Below are positions 50,960 through 59,793 of a DNA stretch of 64,000 bases, one piece after another (position 1 is the stretch's first letter; the number at the start of each line of letters is the position of its first letter). This stretch comes from Candidatus Micrarchaeia archaeon. GTDB lineage: Archaea; Micrarchaeota; Micrarchaeia; CAILAH01. The translations under genes were made by a program, and so were the position numbers. Below the pieces are notes generated by a model. It had not been told where the DNA came from. It worked only from the letters and a program-made list of their open reading frames with translations, and ran no database searches. The stretch is taken from contig JAVZCB010000001.1 in assembly GCA_038874595.1 (NCBI GenBank), positions 59,609 through 123,608 on the forward strand. Direction: 5' to 3'.

Positions 50960-51526
50960 ATGGGAAAAAGGAGTGGAAAGAAGGGTAATGAATACTCTGA
51001 TGCCGTATTCGTGGGTGTCGGAGGCTGCGGGATCAATACGGTCTCAAGGCTGTCAGAGCTGGGAATAACCGGCTCAAAGTTCGTACTTGTGAATAAGAAG
51101 GGCGATAACCATCCCTCATCAGTGAAGGGCGCGTCCGAATTGATCGTTGACATGCCGTTATCAACGCGCATGCCGCTCCCAGACAAGGAACTTGGCGCTT
51201 TCAAGAGCCAGCTCTCCGAGGAGCTCAAAGGCGCCGGGAAGGCATACATATTCGCAGGGCTTGGCGGCTCAACAGGTACCTCCCTTGCGCCGATTGCCGC
51301 GCAAACAGCCAGGGAAATGGGCGTGGAGCCGGTCATAATAGTCACTCTTCCGTTTGAGGTTGAGAGGAATAGGTGTGAGATTGCCAGGAATACGCTCCCC
51401 GCGCTCAGGGATATCCCCGGCCAGCTAATAGTCCGCGACAACAACGATTTGGTGAAGGAGTGTCCTAACCTATCGATGAAAGAGGCATTCAAGAAATTCG
51501 ATGAGAAGCTCATAGGACAGCTCTGA
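50960..51526 (+). CDS. FtsZ/tubulin-like protein, GTPase domain only
   Basis: GVGGCGIN, AGLGGSTGT, VTLPFEVE, DNNDL, EAFKKFD; ends before the T7 loop. Confidence 0.8.
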   Translation: MGKRSGKKGNEYSDAVFVGVGGCGINTVSRLSELGITGSKFVLVNKKGDNHPSSVKGASELIVDMPLSTRMPLPDKELGAFKSQLSEELKGAGKAYIFAGLGGSTGTSLAPIAAQTAREMGVEPVIIVTLPFEVERNRCEIARNTLPALRDIPGQLIVRDNNDLVKECPNLSMKEAFKKFDEKLIGQL

Positions 51527-51673
51527 TTAATTTCCTTTTATTTTAGGGTTTCTATGATATTTGTTTATGCAGTTATGTGTGGCACAAAAGACAGACAATT
51601 AAGTAATCTTAAAATCCAAGGTAAGGCGTTTTGTAATATTTTATATATTTATATCTTCACTAATGATAGGATC

Positions 51674-52285
51674 ATGGATAAAAAAACTGTCTTTGAAATT
51701 GTTAAAAAATTACAATTTGACACTAAAAAAATTATTTACAAAAAAGGTAATACCTCTGTATATATTATAAGACCATCTAAATTATCTAAGCGATTTAATG
51801 AGTATGATGTGCATAAGAATTTCCAGATATTCCTTAGGATTGGTGAACGTGAATTTAGGCCAAATCATCTTAGGGTGATGATTGATCTTAACCTAAGGAT
51901 TCGCAGCCGCCCTGAACTGAAGAAAAAGCTACTCCTAGCGTTTGACAATATATTCTATGGAGCAGATCCAGAAAAGGAACTGAAAGCTCTGTCCCGACAG
52001 AAGTTTGAGCATTTTCTAAATGATTTGATAGTTATTGGTACACTTGCCCAATTATTTGTGATTGAGCAGGAATATTGTTATCACAGAAAAAGTAATTTTG
52101 ATCCACCAACTCTCTTTTTTCAGGGCTGGGTTAGGGAATTTCTAGATAATCCTAAGGAAATAGATAATTTGTGCATGAGCGTTTGTAAAGGCCTACCTCC
52201 ATTACAAAAATATGTATCTCGTGAAAATAAGAAAAGCAAAAACTATTCAAAGAAACTTAAGCCCCTTTGGTATCTTAAATCTTAA
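51674..52285 (+). CDS. Hypothetical protein, putative restriction endonuclease
   Basis: Convergent with the MTase with overlapping stops; no clear PD-(D/E)xK or HNH motif. Confidence 0.5.
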   Translation: MDKKTVFEIVKKLQFDTKKIIYKKGNTSVYIIRPSKLSKRFNEYDVHKNFQIFLRIGEREFRPNHLRVMIDLNLRIRSRPELKKKLLLAFDNIFYGADPEKELKALSRQKFEHFLNDLIVIGTLAQLFVIEQEYCYHRKSNFDPPTLFFQGWVREFLDNPKEIDNLCMSVCKGLPPLQKYVSRENKKSKNYSKKLKPLWYLKS

Positions 52286-53055
52286 TTCTCGGACCATGCT
52301 TCAACAAGTTGCTTCTGAACTGCACCTAGGCGTTTTTTGGCAATTTCAATGTATTTTTCTTCTTTGTCTATACCTATTGAATTCCTATTAAGCATCTTTG
52401 CCGCTACCGATGTTGTTCCTGAGCCAACAAATGGATCTAGGACAGTATCACCTTCATTTGAAGTTGCAAGTATGATCCTCTTCAATAACTCTAGGGGTTT
52501 TTGGGTTGGATGAATACCATATTTTTTTTCACTCTTTGGTGTTAAAGGTATTTCCCACACATTACGCATTTGCTTGCCTTTATTTATAGATTTCATCAGT
52601 TCATAATTAAATACCCATTTCTTGTTGCTATGATTCTTTGTTGCCCAGATAAGATGTTCTGTGGATTCAGTAAACATGCGACACGTTATGTTTGGCTGGG
52701 CATTTGGCTTGAACCATACGATTGAATTGTTAATCTTTGCCTCATATATATGCTGAAGGATAAAACCAATCTGATAAATGTTATGGAACGAGCCACATAC
52801 CCAAAAGCTCCCACCATGCTTCAAAACTCTCATACATTCCTTTATCCACTTCTGATTGAACTTAAAGAATTCGTCTTTCTCAAATATGTCCCATTCTTCT
52901 GTAAGCGTTATGTGTTTGCTATATGCCCATCCCAGACCCTTCTTTTTCGCTAATCCATAAGGCGGGTCAGCAAATATCAGGTCAACTGATTCATCAGGCA
53001 TTTTCTTTAGCTCCTCAATTGCATCACCAATAATCAGCTGGTGAGTGGTCTTCAT
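52282..53055 (-). CDS. Beta-class N6-adenine/N4-cytosine DNA methyltransferase (DpnA/CcrM-like)
   Basis: DPPY precedes HPTQKP and DPFVGSGTT; GKQMRNVW. Confidence 0.92.
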   Translation of the reverse strand: MKTTHQLIIGDAIEELKKMPDESVDLIFADPPYGLAKKKGLGWAYSKHITLTEEWDIFEKDEFFKFNQKWIKECMRVLKHGGSFWVCGSFHNIYQIGFILQHIYEAKINNSIVWFKPNAQPNITCRMFTESTEHLIWATKNHSNKKWVFNYELMKSINKGKQMRNVWEIPLTPKSEKKYGIHPTQKPLELLKRIILATSNEGDTVLDPFVGSGTTSVAAKMLNRNSIGIDKEEKYIEIAKKRLGAVQKQLVEAWSEN

Positions 53056-53118
53056 AAATTCATTTCACGTAGATTGTTTAAAAACATTATTACAGAGATA
53101 TTCCAGTTATTTTAAATA

Positions 53119-55716
53119 CTAATAGCTATTCTCAAACTCCTTATAATGCTGGAAGAACCACTGCTTTACTATTTCTGTTGTGATGCAGTACAGGAACACG
53201 ATCCCGAACACGATTGCAATATCAAGCGCGGATGGAACTGCAAAATTGAAATATTGGCCCACCGCGGGAAGTGAGACCACCGCAACCGCAGCGGCTGTGA
53301 TAAACAGCGAAGATGTGATTAGCAGCCTGCTTGGTATGCTTGCAAAGAACGGCCCGCGCGTTCTCACTATGAATGTTATGAATATCTCGGATAGCAGCGA
53401 TTCAAGGAACCAGAGCGTTCGCAGCAGTGCCGCCCCTACGCCTAACACGTAATAGAATACTAATATGGTGAGCAGGTCAAACAGTGAGCTTAACACACCG
53501 AAGAATACCATGAAATGCGAGATCATCTTGACATTCCATTTCTTAGGTGTCTTGATAGATTTCTCATCCACGTTATCTGTTGATATTGCGAGCATTGGGA
53601 AATCGCTGAGGAAGTTGTTCAATAATATCTGTACCGGAAGAAGCGGTATAAATGGAAGAAACAGCGGTGATATAATTACAGTGCCCATATTACCGTAATT
53701 TGCGCTTATTGTGTTGAGTATATATTTTGTAATATTAGCGAACGTTTTCCTGCCCTCACGCACACCATCTGCGATTACCCTGAGGCTCTTATGTGTCAGG
53801 ACAACATCCGCTGCCTCTTTTGCAACGTCCTGTGCGGTATTTACTGAAATCCCCACATCAGCAAGCCGGAGAGCTGGTGCATCATTAATACCATCACCCA
53901 TAAACCCGACGATGTGGCCGTTTGCACGGACAGCTTCAAGGATTCTTACTTTTTGTGCAGGTGTAACACGCGCAAACACATTGTATTTCTCAACAACCTC
54001 GTGTAATTTTTTATCATCTATATTATCAATCTCCTTGCCGGTGATTACGCGTTTTCCCTTAATCTCGAGCTTTACATCCTTACATAATCTCTTTGTAACA
54101 TCCGGGTCATCACCGGTTAAAAGCATCAGTGATATGTCCAATTCCTTAAACTGCTTGATTGATTCAATAGCAGTTCTCTTAGGCTCGCTCTTAAAGAGCA
54201 TAAACCCTTCCAACGTTAGCTCGCGCTCATCTGCAACAGAGTAATCATTCTTTTGTGGGACGGCTCGTGAAGCCACTGCGAGTACAGAGTATCCTTCCTT
54301 TGCAAACCCCCGCACAATCTCATTTATCTTTTTCCTAACACTATCAATCTCAGTTTTCTTGCCGTTGATGTTGGCATAAGCACATACAGAGAGCACAGAT
54401 TCTGCCTCACCTTTTGTTATAAGCACAATCTCCTGTCGTGATTTTCGCTTGCTTGTTTTCTGTGATATTTTAAACACTTCGCTCATCCGTTTCCTTTCAT
54501 AATCGAACGCAATATCATCAATGTTTGCATACCCATCCGGCTTTTGGATATGATGAAGGTTCGCATATCTGATTATTGCAGTATCATATACATTTCCAGA
54601 AATGTGTTTGCCGTGCGTATGCGCATGACTGCACAGCAACCCATATTTCAGGACACCCCAATCATCATTACCTAACGGTGCAACAGTTTTCTCAAGCATA
54701 AGTTCCGGCTCGGTAAGCGTACCGGTCTTATCCATTAGCAGCACGTCCATGAGCCCAACATCTTCGATTGTGGCGAGCTTTTTAACCACGACTTTCTTCT
54801 CAGCCATCTTAAGTGCACCTGCAGACAACGTGATGGTAGTGATTGCAGGAAGCATCTCAGGTGCAATGCCAACAGCCACTGCAAGTGCAAACAATAAAGA
54901 TTCAAGGATACCCCTGCCAAGATATGAGTTTACAGCAAACACAAATATTGTCATTATTACAATGACCTGGAGTGTGAACGTACTGAACTTCCTGATATTA
55001 ACCTGGAAATCAGATTCAGGTATCTTTGCTGAGTATAGTGTAGCGGTCCTGCCAAAATGCGTAGATTGACCCGTGGCAACCACTATACCTTTTGCAGTAC
55101 CGTAAGTTACAGTGGTCCCCATAAGTGCATAATTCTTAAGCTCATATGCTGCCGGCCGTGCAAGCTTAATAGGCGCCGTACTTTTCTCAACCTCGCGCGA
55201 CTCACCAGTTATTGCAGATTCATTCGTACGGAAATCTTCACATCTGACCAAACGCATATCCGCAGGCACAACGTTCCCGATCTCAAGCAGGACCACATCA
55301 CCGGGTACAAGGTCCTCCGCATTGATTTCTTCCTGCCGTCCATCACGTATTACAACAGCCTTATTTGAAAGATACCTCTTGAGCTGGCGTAGCGAGTTTT
55401 CTGAACGGTACTCTTGATAGAACCCGAGCAGTGCACTTAACAGCAGTATCGCTATAATCGTGAGCCCCTCTGTTGTATCCCCAATGTATAAAGCTATGAC
55501 TGAGGCAAAAATTAGTATGAATATGAAAGCGTTATTAAACTGCGAAAGCAGTATCTCAAGCCATGAACGCCTGTCCCTCTCTGGGATTGAGTTCCTTCCG
55601 TAAACCATTCTCCTGCGTGCAACTTCATGTGCGCTTAGCCCTTTCTCAGGATCAACCTTAAGTGCAGCTGCAACTTGATAGCTTTCCAATCGCCAATATT
55701 CACTATTGTTATTCAC
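53119..55716 (-). CDS. mgtA: Mg2+-translocating P-type ATPase
   Basis: TGES, PEMLP, DKTGTLT, GDGINDAPAL, ANYGNM, QILLNN; GTG start at 55716. Confidence 0.9.
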   Translation of the reverse strand: MNNNSEYWRLESYQVAAALKVDPEKGLSAHEVARRRMVYGRNSIPERDRRSWLEILLSQFNNAFIFILIFASVIALYIGDTTEGLTIIAILLLSALLGFYQEYRSENSLRQLKRYLSNKAVVIRDGRQEEINAEDLVPGDVVLLEIGNVVPADMRLVRCEDFRTNESAITGESREVEKSTAPIKLARPAAYELKNYALMGTTVTYGTAKGIVVATGQSTHFGRTATLYSAKIPESDFQVNIRKFSTFTLQVIVIMTIFVFAVNSYLGRGILESLLFALAVAVGIAPEMLPAITTITLSAGALKMAEKKVVVKKLATIEDVGLMDVLLMDKTGTLTEPELMLEKTVAPLGNDDWGVLKYGLLCSHAHTHGKHISGNVYDTAIIRYANLHHIQKPDGYANIDDIAFDYERKRMSEVFKISQKTSKRKSRQEIVLITKGEAESVLSVCAYANINGKKTEIDSVRKKINEIVRGFAKEGYSVLAVASRAVPQKNDYSVADERELTLEGFMLFKSEPKRTAIESIKQFKELDISLMLLTGDDPDVTKRLCKDVKLEIKGKRVITGKEIDNIDDKKLHEVVEKYNVFARVTPAQKVRILEAVRANGHIVGFMGDGINDAPALRLADVGISVNTAQDVAKEAADVVLTHKSLRVIADGVREGRKTFANITKYILNTISANYGNMGTVIISPLFLPFIPLLPVQILLNNFLSDFPMLAISTDNVDEKSIKTPKKWNVKMISHFMVFFGVLSSLFDLLTILVFYYVLGVGAALLRTLWFLESLLSEIFITFIVRTRGPFFASIPSRLLITSSLFITAAAVAVVSLPAVGQYFNFAVPSALDIAIVFGIVFLYCITTEIVKQWFFQHYKEFENSY

Positions 55717-55889
55717 AGGACCACATAAATACTTCTGCCAAATACTTAAAAAGGCATTATGTTGTACATGCACGCGCAGGATGAGGGTGCCTGGTAGCAC
55801 GGTGGTAGCAGAATTTTAAATCCGGCAAGTGCGCAACTGGAAACCTTCATACAGAGCGCTTTTATAACTCAGGTTGTAGAATATCTACC

Positions 55890-56873
55890 ATGGATCAACT
55901 TGTTCCCATAAAGATATCCTCGCTCAGGCACGGCCAGCAGGTTTCAGGCATATTTGCAGTAAAGATACGCAAAGCGCTCGGTACGTATACGAAAGGCCAC
56001 CGGCTTGACCTGATACTTACGGATTCAAGTGGAGGAAGTATCCAATTTACGCTATGGGGCGGCTCTGGCGAAGATGCGCGTGCGCAGCTGCAGGCGCTGC
56101 TTGACTCGATACCTGAGGATGCAGTACTGCACATAACCGGCAAGGTTGACGATTATAACGGTGAATTGTACATAGCTGCAAATTCTATTGATTCAGTGCG
56201 CGTGCTTAATGAAGGTGAGTTTCCGGCCGATGCGTTCATCCCGCCAGCACGGCGTGACATAAATGAGATGCGCACCGAGCTTGAAACCGCAATAAAATCA
56301 ATCCGAAACACGCACATCACATCAGTGCTCTTGCACATATTCACTAATGAATTTAAGGAGAAATTCTTGGTGCATCCCGCTGCGGTACAACATCATCATA
56401 ACCGTACAGGCGGGCTTGCAGAGCATACCCTTGAGGTTGTGCATATATGTGAGGAGCTGTGTAGGATTTATCCATCTCTTGACCGTGATCTTCTCATTGC
56501 GGGTGCATTGCTCCATGATATAGGCAAGACTAAGGAGATCACTGTAAGCCGCCGGATAAAGGCAGATTCGCAGAGCCAGCTGGTTGGGCATCTCATGTAT
56601 ACGGCACTTATGCTTTCGCAGGCGTTTGATGCATGTAATACACCAGAGCCGTTACGCTCCAAGCTGCTGCACCTCTCATTAAGCCACCACGGGAAAAATG
56701 ATTACGGCTCACCTAAAGAGCCGATGTTTCCTGAAGCGGCAGCATTGCATTACGCTGATGAGACCAGCGCAATCGTGGCGGAAATGCTTGATTTTGTCAG
56801 TGAGTACCGGGATATCACACTTGATGACACAATGTACTCCCGCACGCTGAGGAGAAACATCTATCTCAGGTAG
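55890..56873 (+). CDS. yhaM: OB-fold plus HD-domain 3'-5' exoribonuclease (YhaM/Cbf1)
   Basis: LTDSSG OB fold, PAA..HH...GGL.EH, LLHDIGK, SHHG, YAD. Confidence 0.88.
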   Translation: MDQLVPIKISSLRHGQQVSGIFAVKIRKALGTYTKGHRLDLILTDSSGGSIQFTLWGGSGEDARAQLQALLDSIPEDAVLHITGKVDDYNGELYIAANSIDSVRVLNEGEFPADAFIPPARRDINEMRTELETAIKSIRNTHITSVLLHIFTNEFKEKFLVHPAAVQHHHNRTGGLAEHTLEVVHICEELCRIYPSLDRDLLIAGALLHDIGKTKEITVSRRIKADSQSQLVGHLMYTALMLSQAFDACNTPEPLRSKLLHLSLSHHGKNDYGSPKEPMFPEAAALHYADETSAIVAEMLDFVSEYRDITLDDTMYSRTLRRNIYLR

Positions 56874-56925
56874 CCTCAGAGAAGCGTACATATTATGCTT
56901 TTATATGTTGGCTGCCTACTATAAA

Positions 56926-56983
56926 ATGGCGATGAAGCTCGCCGGCACAAAAGCGAACCGCCAAAGTTGGCTGATAGCTTCTG
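56926..56983 (+). promoter_or_regulatory. Fluoride (crcB) riboswitch
   Basis: GGCGATGAAGCTCGCC...AACCGCC-AAAGT-TGGCTGATAGCTTCT; P1 GGCGA/TCGCC, pseudoknot GAAGC/GCTTC, conserved GAUG and CUGAU. Confidence 0.85.
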
Positions 56984-57004
56984 GTTTTACACGAAGGTGG
57001 TTTT

Positions 57005-57157
57005 ATGGTGTACTTTTGCCCATATTGTAACATGAGTAACGGGCTAACCTCGGTTCTCACTGAGGATGCACAGTCAGGTGAGCTGGTATGCAAGTACGAT
57101 TCACAGCACAGGTTCACAGTCGGGCGTGACGGGTTCCTAAAAGTGGTTAACAAGTAG
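57005..57157 (+). CDS. 50-aa Zn-ribbon protein (CPYC...C-x5-H)
   Basis: MVYFCPYCNMSNGLTSVLTEDAQSGELVCKYDSQHRFTVGRDGFLKVVNK; SD GAAGGTGG; missed by the ORF track. Confidence 0.75.
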   Translation: MVYFCPYCNMSNGLTSVLTEDAQSGELVCKYDSQHRFTVGRDGFLKVVNK

Positions 57158-57210
57158 TTTGTGTATCCTGTCCAGCACAGTAAAATCAATATACAGTCTG
57201 GTGGTGCAGT

Positions 57211-58962
57211 TTGGTGATGGACGCTGGAAGATTTGAATCACTTGGTAGTGAGATTCTCAGCGTTATCGATACGCTTAAGCAGTATAGCGGGGCACCTGAG
57301 AAACGGCTTGGCCAGATTGCCGAAAACATCAGGTGTGGCTCGTTTACACTTGCAGTTGCTGGGCAATTCAAGCGTGGCAAGACGACACTCATAAACGCGC
57401 TTTTAGGTATGGGCTTGTTGCCTACGGGAGTGGTGCCGCTTACATCGATAGTGACCTATGTCCGGTATTCCCCGGAAATTAAGGCGCGTGTGAAGTTGGC
57501 TGGTGGTGAGGAGAAAGCAATTGCTATCGATGAGATAAGCCAATATGTAACAGAGAAGCATAATCCCAAGAATATCAAAGGCGTTCAGGAAGTTGATGTT
57601 TGGGTGCCCTCAGCATTCCTTAGGAATGGTGTGGTGATTGTAGACACACCGGGTATTGGGTCAACGCACGCGCATAACACAGAGGTGACGCGCCGGTTTC
57701 TTCCTGAAGCAGATGCGGTTATATTTGTGCTTTCAGGAGACCCGCCAATAACCGAATCCGAGTGCAGGTTTCTTGAGGAGAGTGCAAAGTATGCATCAAA
57801 ATTCTTTTTTGTGCTGAACAAAATTGATTATTACGAGGAGCACGAGGTTGCAGAACTTGCAGAGTTTAATCGTGGCGTGCTTGCATCCAGGCTTGGTGTG
57901 AGGCAGGATGATGTGCGCTTGTACCCACTGTCAGCAAAACGCTCACTTGGCAGGAAGCTAGCTGGTTTAACTCATGAAAATGACGGACTTACAGAGTTTG
58001 AGAATGCACTTGCGGAATATATTTCTTCAAACAAGGGCGTGCTCATACTGCAGTCTGCCATGTCAAAGTTGAGATATTTTACGGATGAGCTTATAAACCA
58101 GCGCCAGATAGAAAGAAGCAGTCTTTCAGCATCAGCGGCACAGTTAGAGGAGCGTGTTAAAAAATTTGATGCTGAGCTGAAACGTATCCTGTCCAAGAAG
58201 GAATACATGGGTGATTTTGTCGCAGTTGAGCAAAAGAAGATAATGTCTATTATTGATGATGATATTAATGAACTGAAACGCGCTGTAACAGCATCACTTG
58301 AGCAGCAGATAGTTGAGTTTGCTCAATCCCTCAAGACCACTGACAATTATAAGTATGCAGTTGAAGTTGAGGAATATTCCAACGACCATATCTTGGATGT
58401 GCTGGAGCCGTGGCGCACAAAAGAGGAGGAGAAGGTTGCCGGGATTTATGCTGAGAAGATGAATAAATATTCTGGAGAGATAAACGCAATAATTGAGGAA
58501 GTTGAGAAGACTGCATCTGGCCTGTTTGATGTTAAGATAGAAAGCAGGAAAACAGAGGAGAAGTTTACGCTCGAAAGTGCGTTTTATTTCAAGCTTGGGA
58601 GGATTGAGGAGGGTACCGGGCTGTCAATGCTTGAGATGGTGCTTCCGCACCCATTATTCAGGAAAAAGCTTCTTGCCAACCTGCCTGATTATATACGTGA
58701 AGACCTTGACAGAAACTGTGGCAGGGTACGGTATGACTTTTATGAGCGCATACAAAAGAGCTCGCTTGTGTTTATTGAGATGCTTGATGATAAAGTGGAT
58801 GCGGCAATTAATGGTATACGCAGTGCTAGTGAGAATGCACTCAAGCTGCGCGCGCAGGGAAACGAGAAGGTACGCGAGCGCATAGCCCAGCTTGATACAG
58901 AGTTAAGCCACCTGCGCAGGTTGCAGGACCGTCTTGCATCAATCAATCCGCACGTAGTGTGA
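57211..58962 (+). CDS. Dynamin-like GTPase (bacterial DLP family)
   Basis: G1 GQFKRGKT, G2 VPLT, G3 DTPG, G4 NKID, long helical stalk. Confidence 0.9.
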   Translation: MVMDAGRFESLGSEILSVIDTLKQYSGAPEKRLGQIAENIRCGSFTLAVAGQFKRGKTTLINALLGMGLLPTGVVPLTSIVTYVRYSPEIKARVKLAGGEEKAIAIDEISQYVTEKHNPKNIKGVQEVDVWVPSAFLRNGVVIVDTPGIGSTHAHNTEVTRRFLPEADAVIFVLSGDPPITESECRFLEESAKYASKFFFVLNKIDYYEEHEVAELAEFNRGVLASRLGVRQDDVRLYPLSAKRSLGRKLAGLTHENDGLTEFENALAEYISSNKGVLILQSAMSKLRYFTDELINQRQIERSSLSASAAQLEERVKKFDAELKRILSKKEYMGDFVAVEQKKIMSIIDDDINELKRAVTASLEQQIVEFAQSLKTTDNYKYAVEVEEYSNDHILDVLEPWRTKEEEKVAGIYAEKMNKYSGEINAIIEEVEKTASGLFDVKIESRKTEEKFTLESAFYFKLGRIEEGTGLSMLEMVLPHPLFRKKLLANLPDYIREDLDRNCGRVRYDFYERIQKSSLVFIEMLDDKVDAAINGIRSASENALKLRAQGNEKVRERIAQLDTELSHLRRLQDRLASINPHVV

Positions 58963-58967
58963 TATGA

Positions 58968-59177
58968 ATGGGTGATGCTTTATTGCCATTATTTCCAATC
59001 GCAATAATTTTTCTTGTCCTGCTTGGTGTAATGGTATTTTTGCGCACATATATCCATTTTCCAAGGATGGCGTGGCCAGAAAGAGTTATGCTCGCGTTCA
59101 GGAACGCTTTCTATATGGTACTCTTGATAATCATCCTGTGTATCATTTTTCTTATTTTGGTCCCTTACCTGGTTTAG
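58968..59177 (+). CDS. Small 2-TM membrane protein
   Basis: 69 aa, two hydrophobic helices, 5 nt after the dynamin stop. Confidence 0.65.
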   Translation: MGDALLPLFPIAIIFLVLLGVMVFLRTYIHFPRMAWPERVMLAFRNAFYMVLLIIILCIIFLILVPYLV

Positions 59178-59451
59178 GGCATTTCTTATTATAACCTAGC
59201 GCTTCAAGTATAGCATATACGCGCTTGTTCCTTATTTCATAAAATACTCGCCGCCCCATTCTTTTAGATGATATAACACCAAGCCTCTCAAGCTTTTTGA
59301 GCTGTAATGAAACAGTAGGTTGGGCCTTTTTAACCTGTGGGAATATCTTACATACGCATAGTTTTCCGTTGAGTAGCAGCTCTACTATTCTGAACCGCGT
59401 ATCATCGGCAAGTGCCTTAACGAGCTTGATAGCATCTTCTCTTGTGCGCAT
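59152..59451 (-). CDS. arsR: ArsR/SmtB transcriptional regulator
   Basis: KALADDTRFRI, LCVC, QPTVS.QLKKL. Confidence 0.9.
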   Translation of the reverse strand: MRTREDAIKLVKALADDTRFRIVELLLNGKLCVCKIFPQVKKAQPTVSLQLKKLERLGVISSKRMGRRVFYEIRNKRVYAILEALGYNKKCPKPGKGPK

Positions 59452-59511
59452 ATGACATATTTATGTTTGTAAATATATAAATGTTTGTGTGCAAATATAT
59501 ACTGTGATATT

Positions 59512-59754
59512 ATGAAAATTCAAGTGCTTGGTGGCGGATGCCCAAAGTGTAAGATGGTTGAGGAAAATGTGCACAAGGCACTCAGCCAGCTAGGTATCGA
59601 GGCTGACATAGTTAAGGTTAAGGATATAAACGAGATTGTTGGGTTTGGGGTGATGTCCACACCAGCTCTTGCGATCAACGGGAAGGTTAAGGTGGCAGGC
59701 AGGATACCTGATGTTAATGAGATTATGAAATGGATTAAAGAGGCAAACGAATAG
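59512..59754 (+). CDS. Small redox-active disulfide (thioredoxin-fold) protein
   Basis: IQVLGGGCPKC, GVMSTPAL.ING. Confidence 0.9.
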   Translation: MKIQVLGGGCPKCKMVEENVHKALSQLGIEADIVKVKDINEIVGFGVMSTPALAINGKVKVAGRIPDVNEIMKWIKEANE

Positions 59755-59793
59755 CCTACCGGTTTCTGGTGGCCAACCTGGTTTGAGTATAAA

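Larger units (their letters stand above)
45508..53118. mobile_element. Variable island between polC and mgtA (two tandem cassettes)
   Basis: AT-rich cargo, defence-type genes, internal duplicated 3' ends of both flanking genes; no integrase inside. Confidence 0.75.

Noticed and set aside
58968-59177. Fluc/CrcB channel as the riboswitch target
   Set aside because: Only two TM helices and no GFxGxxTTFSTF motif.
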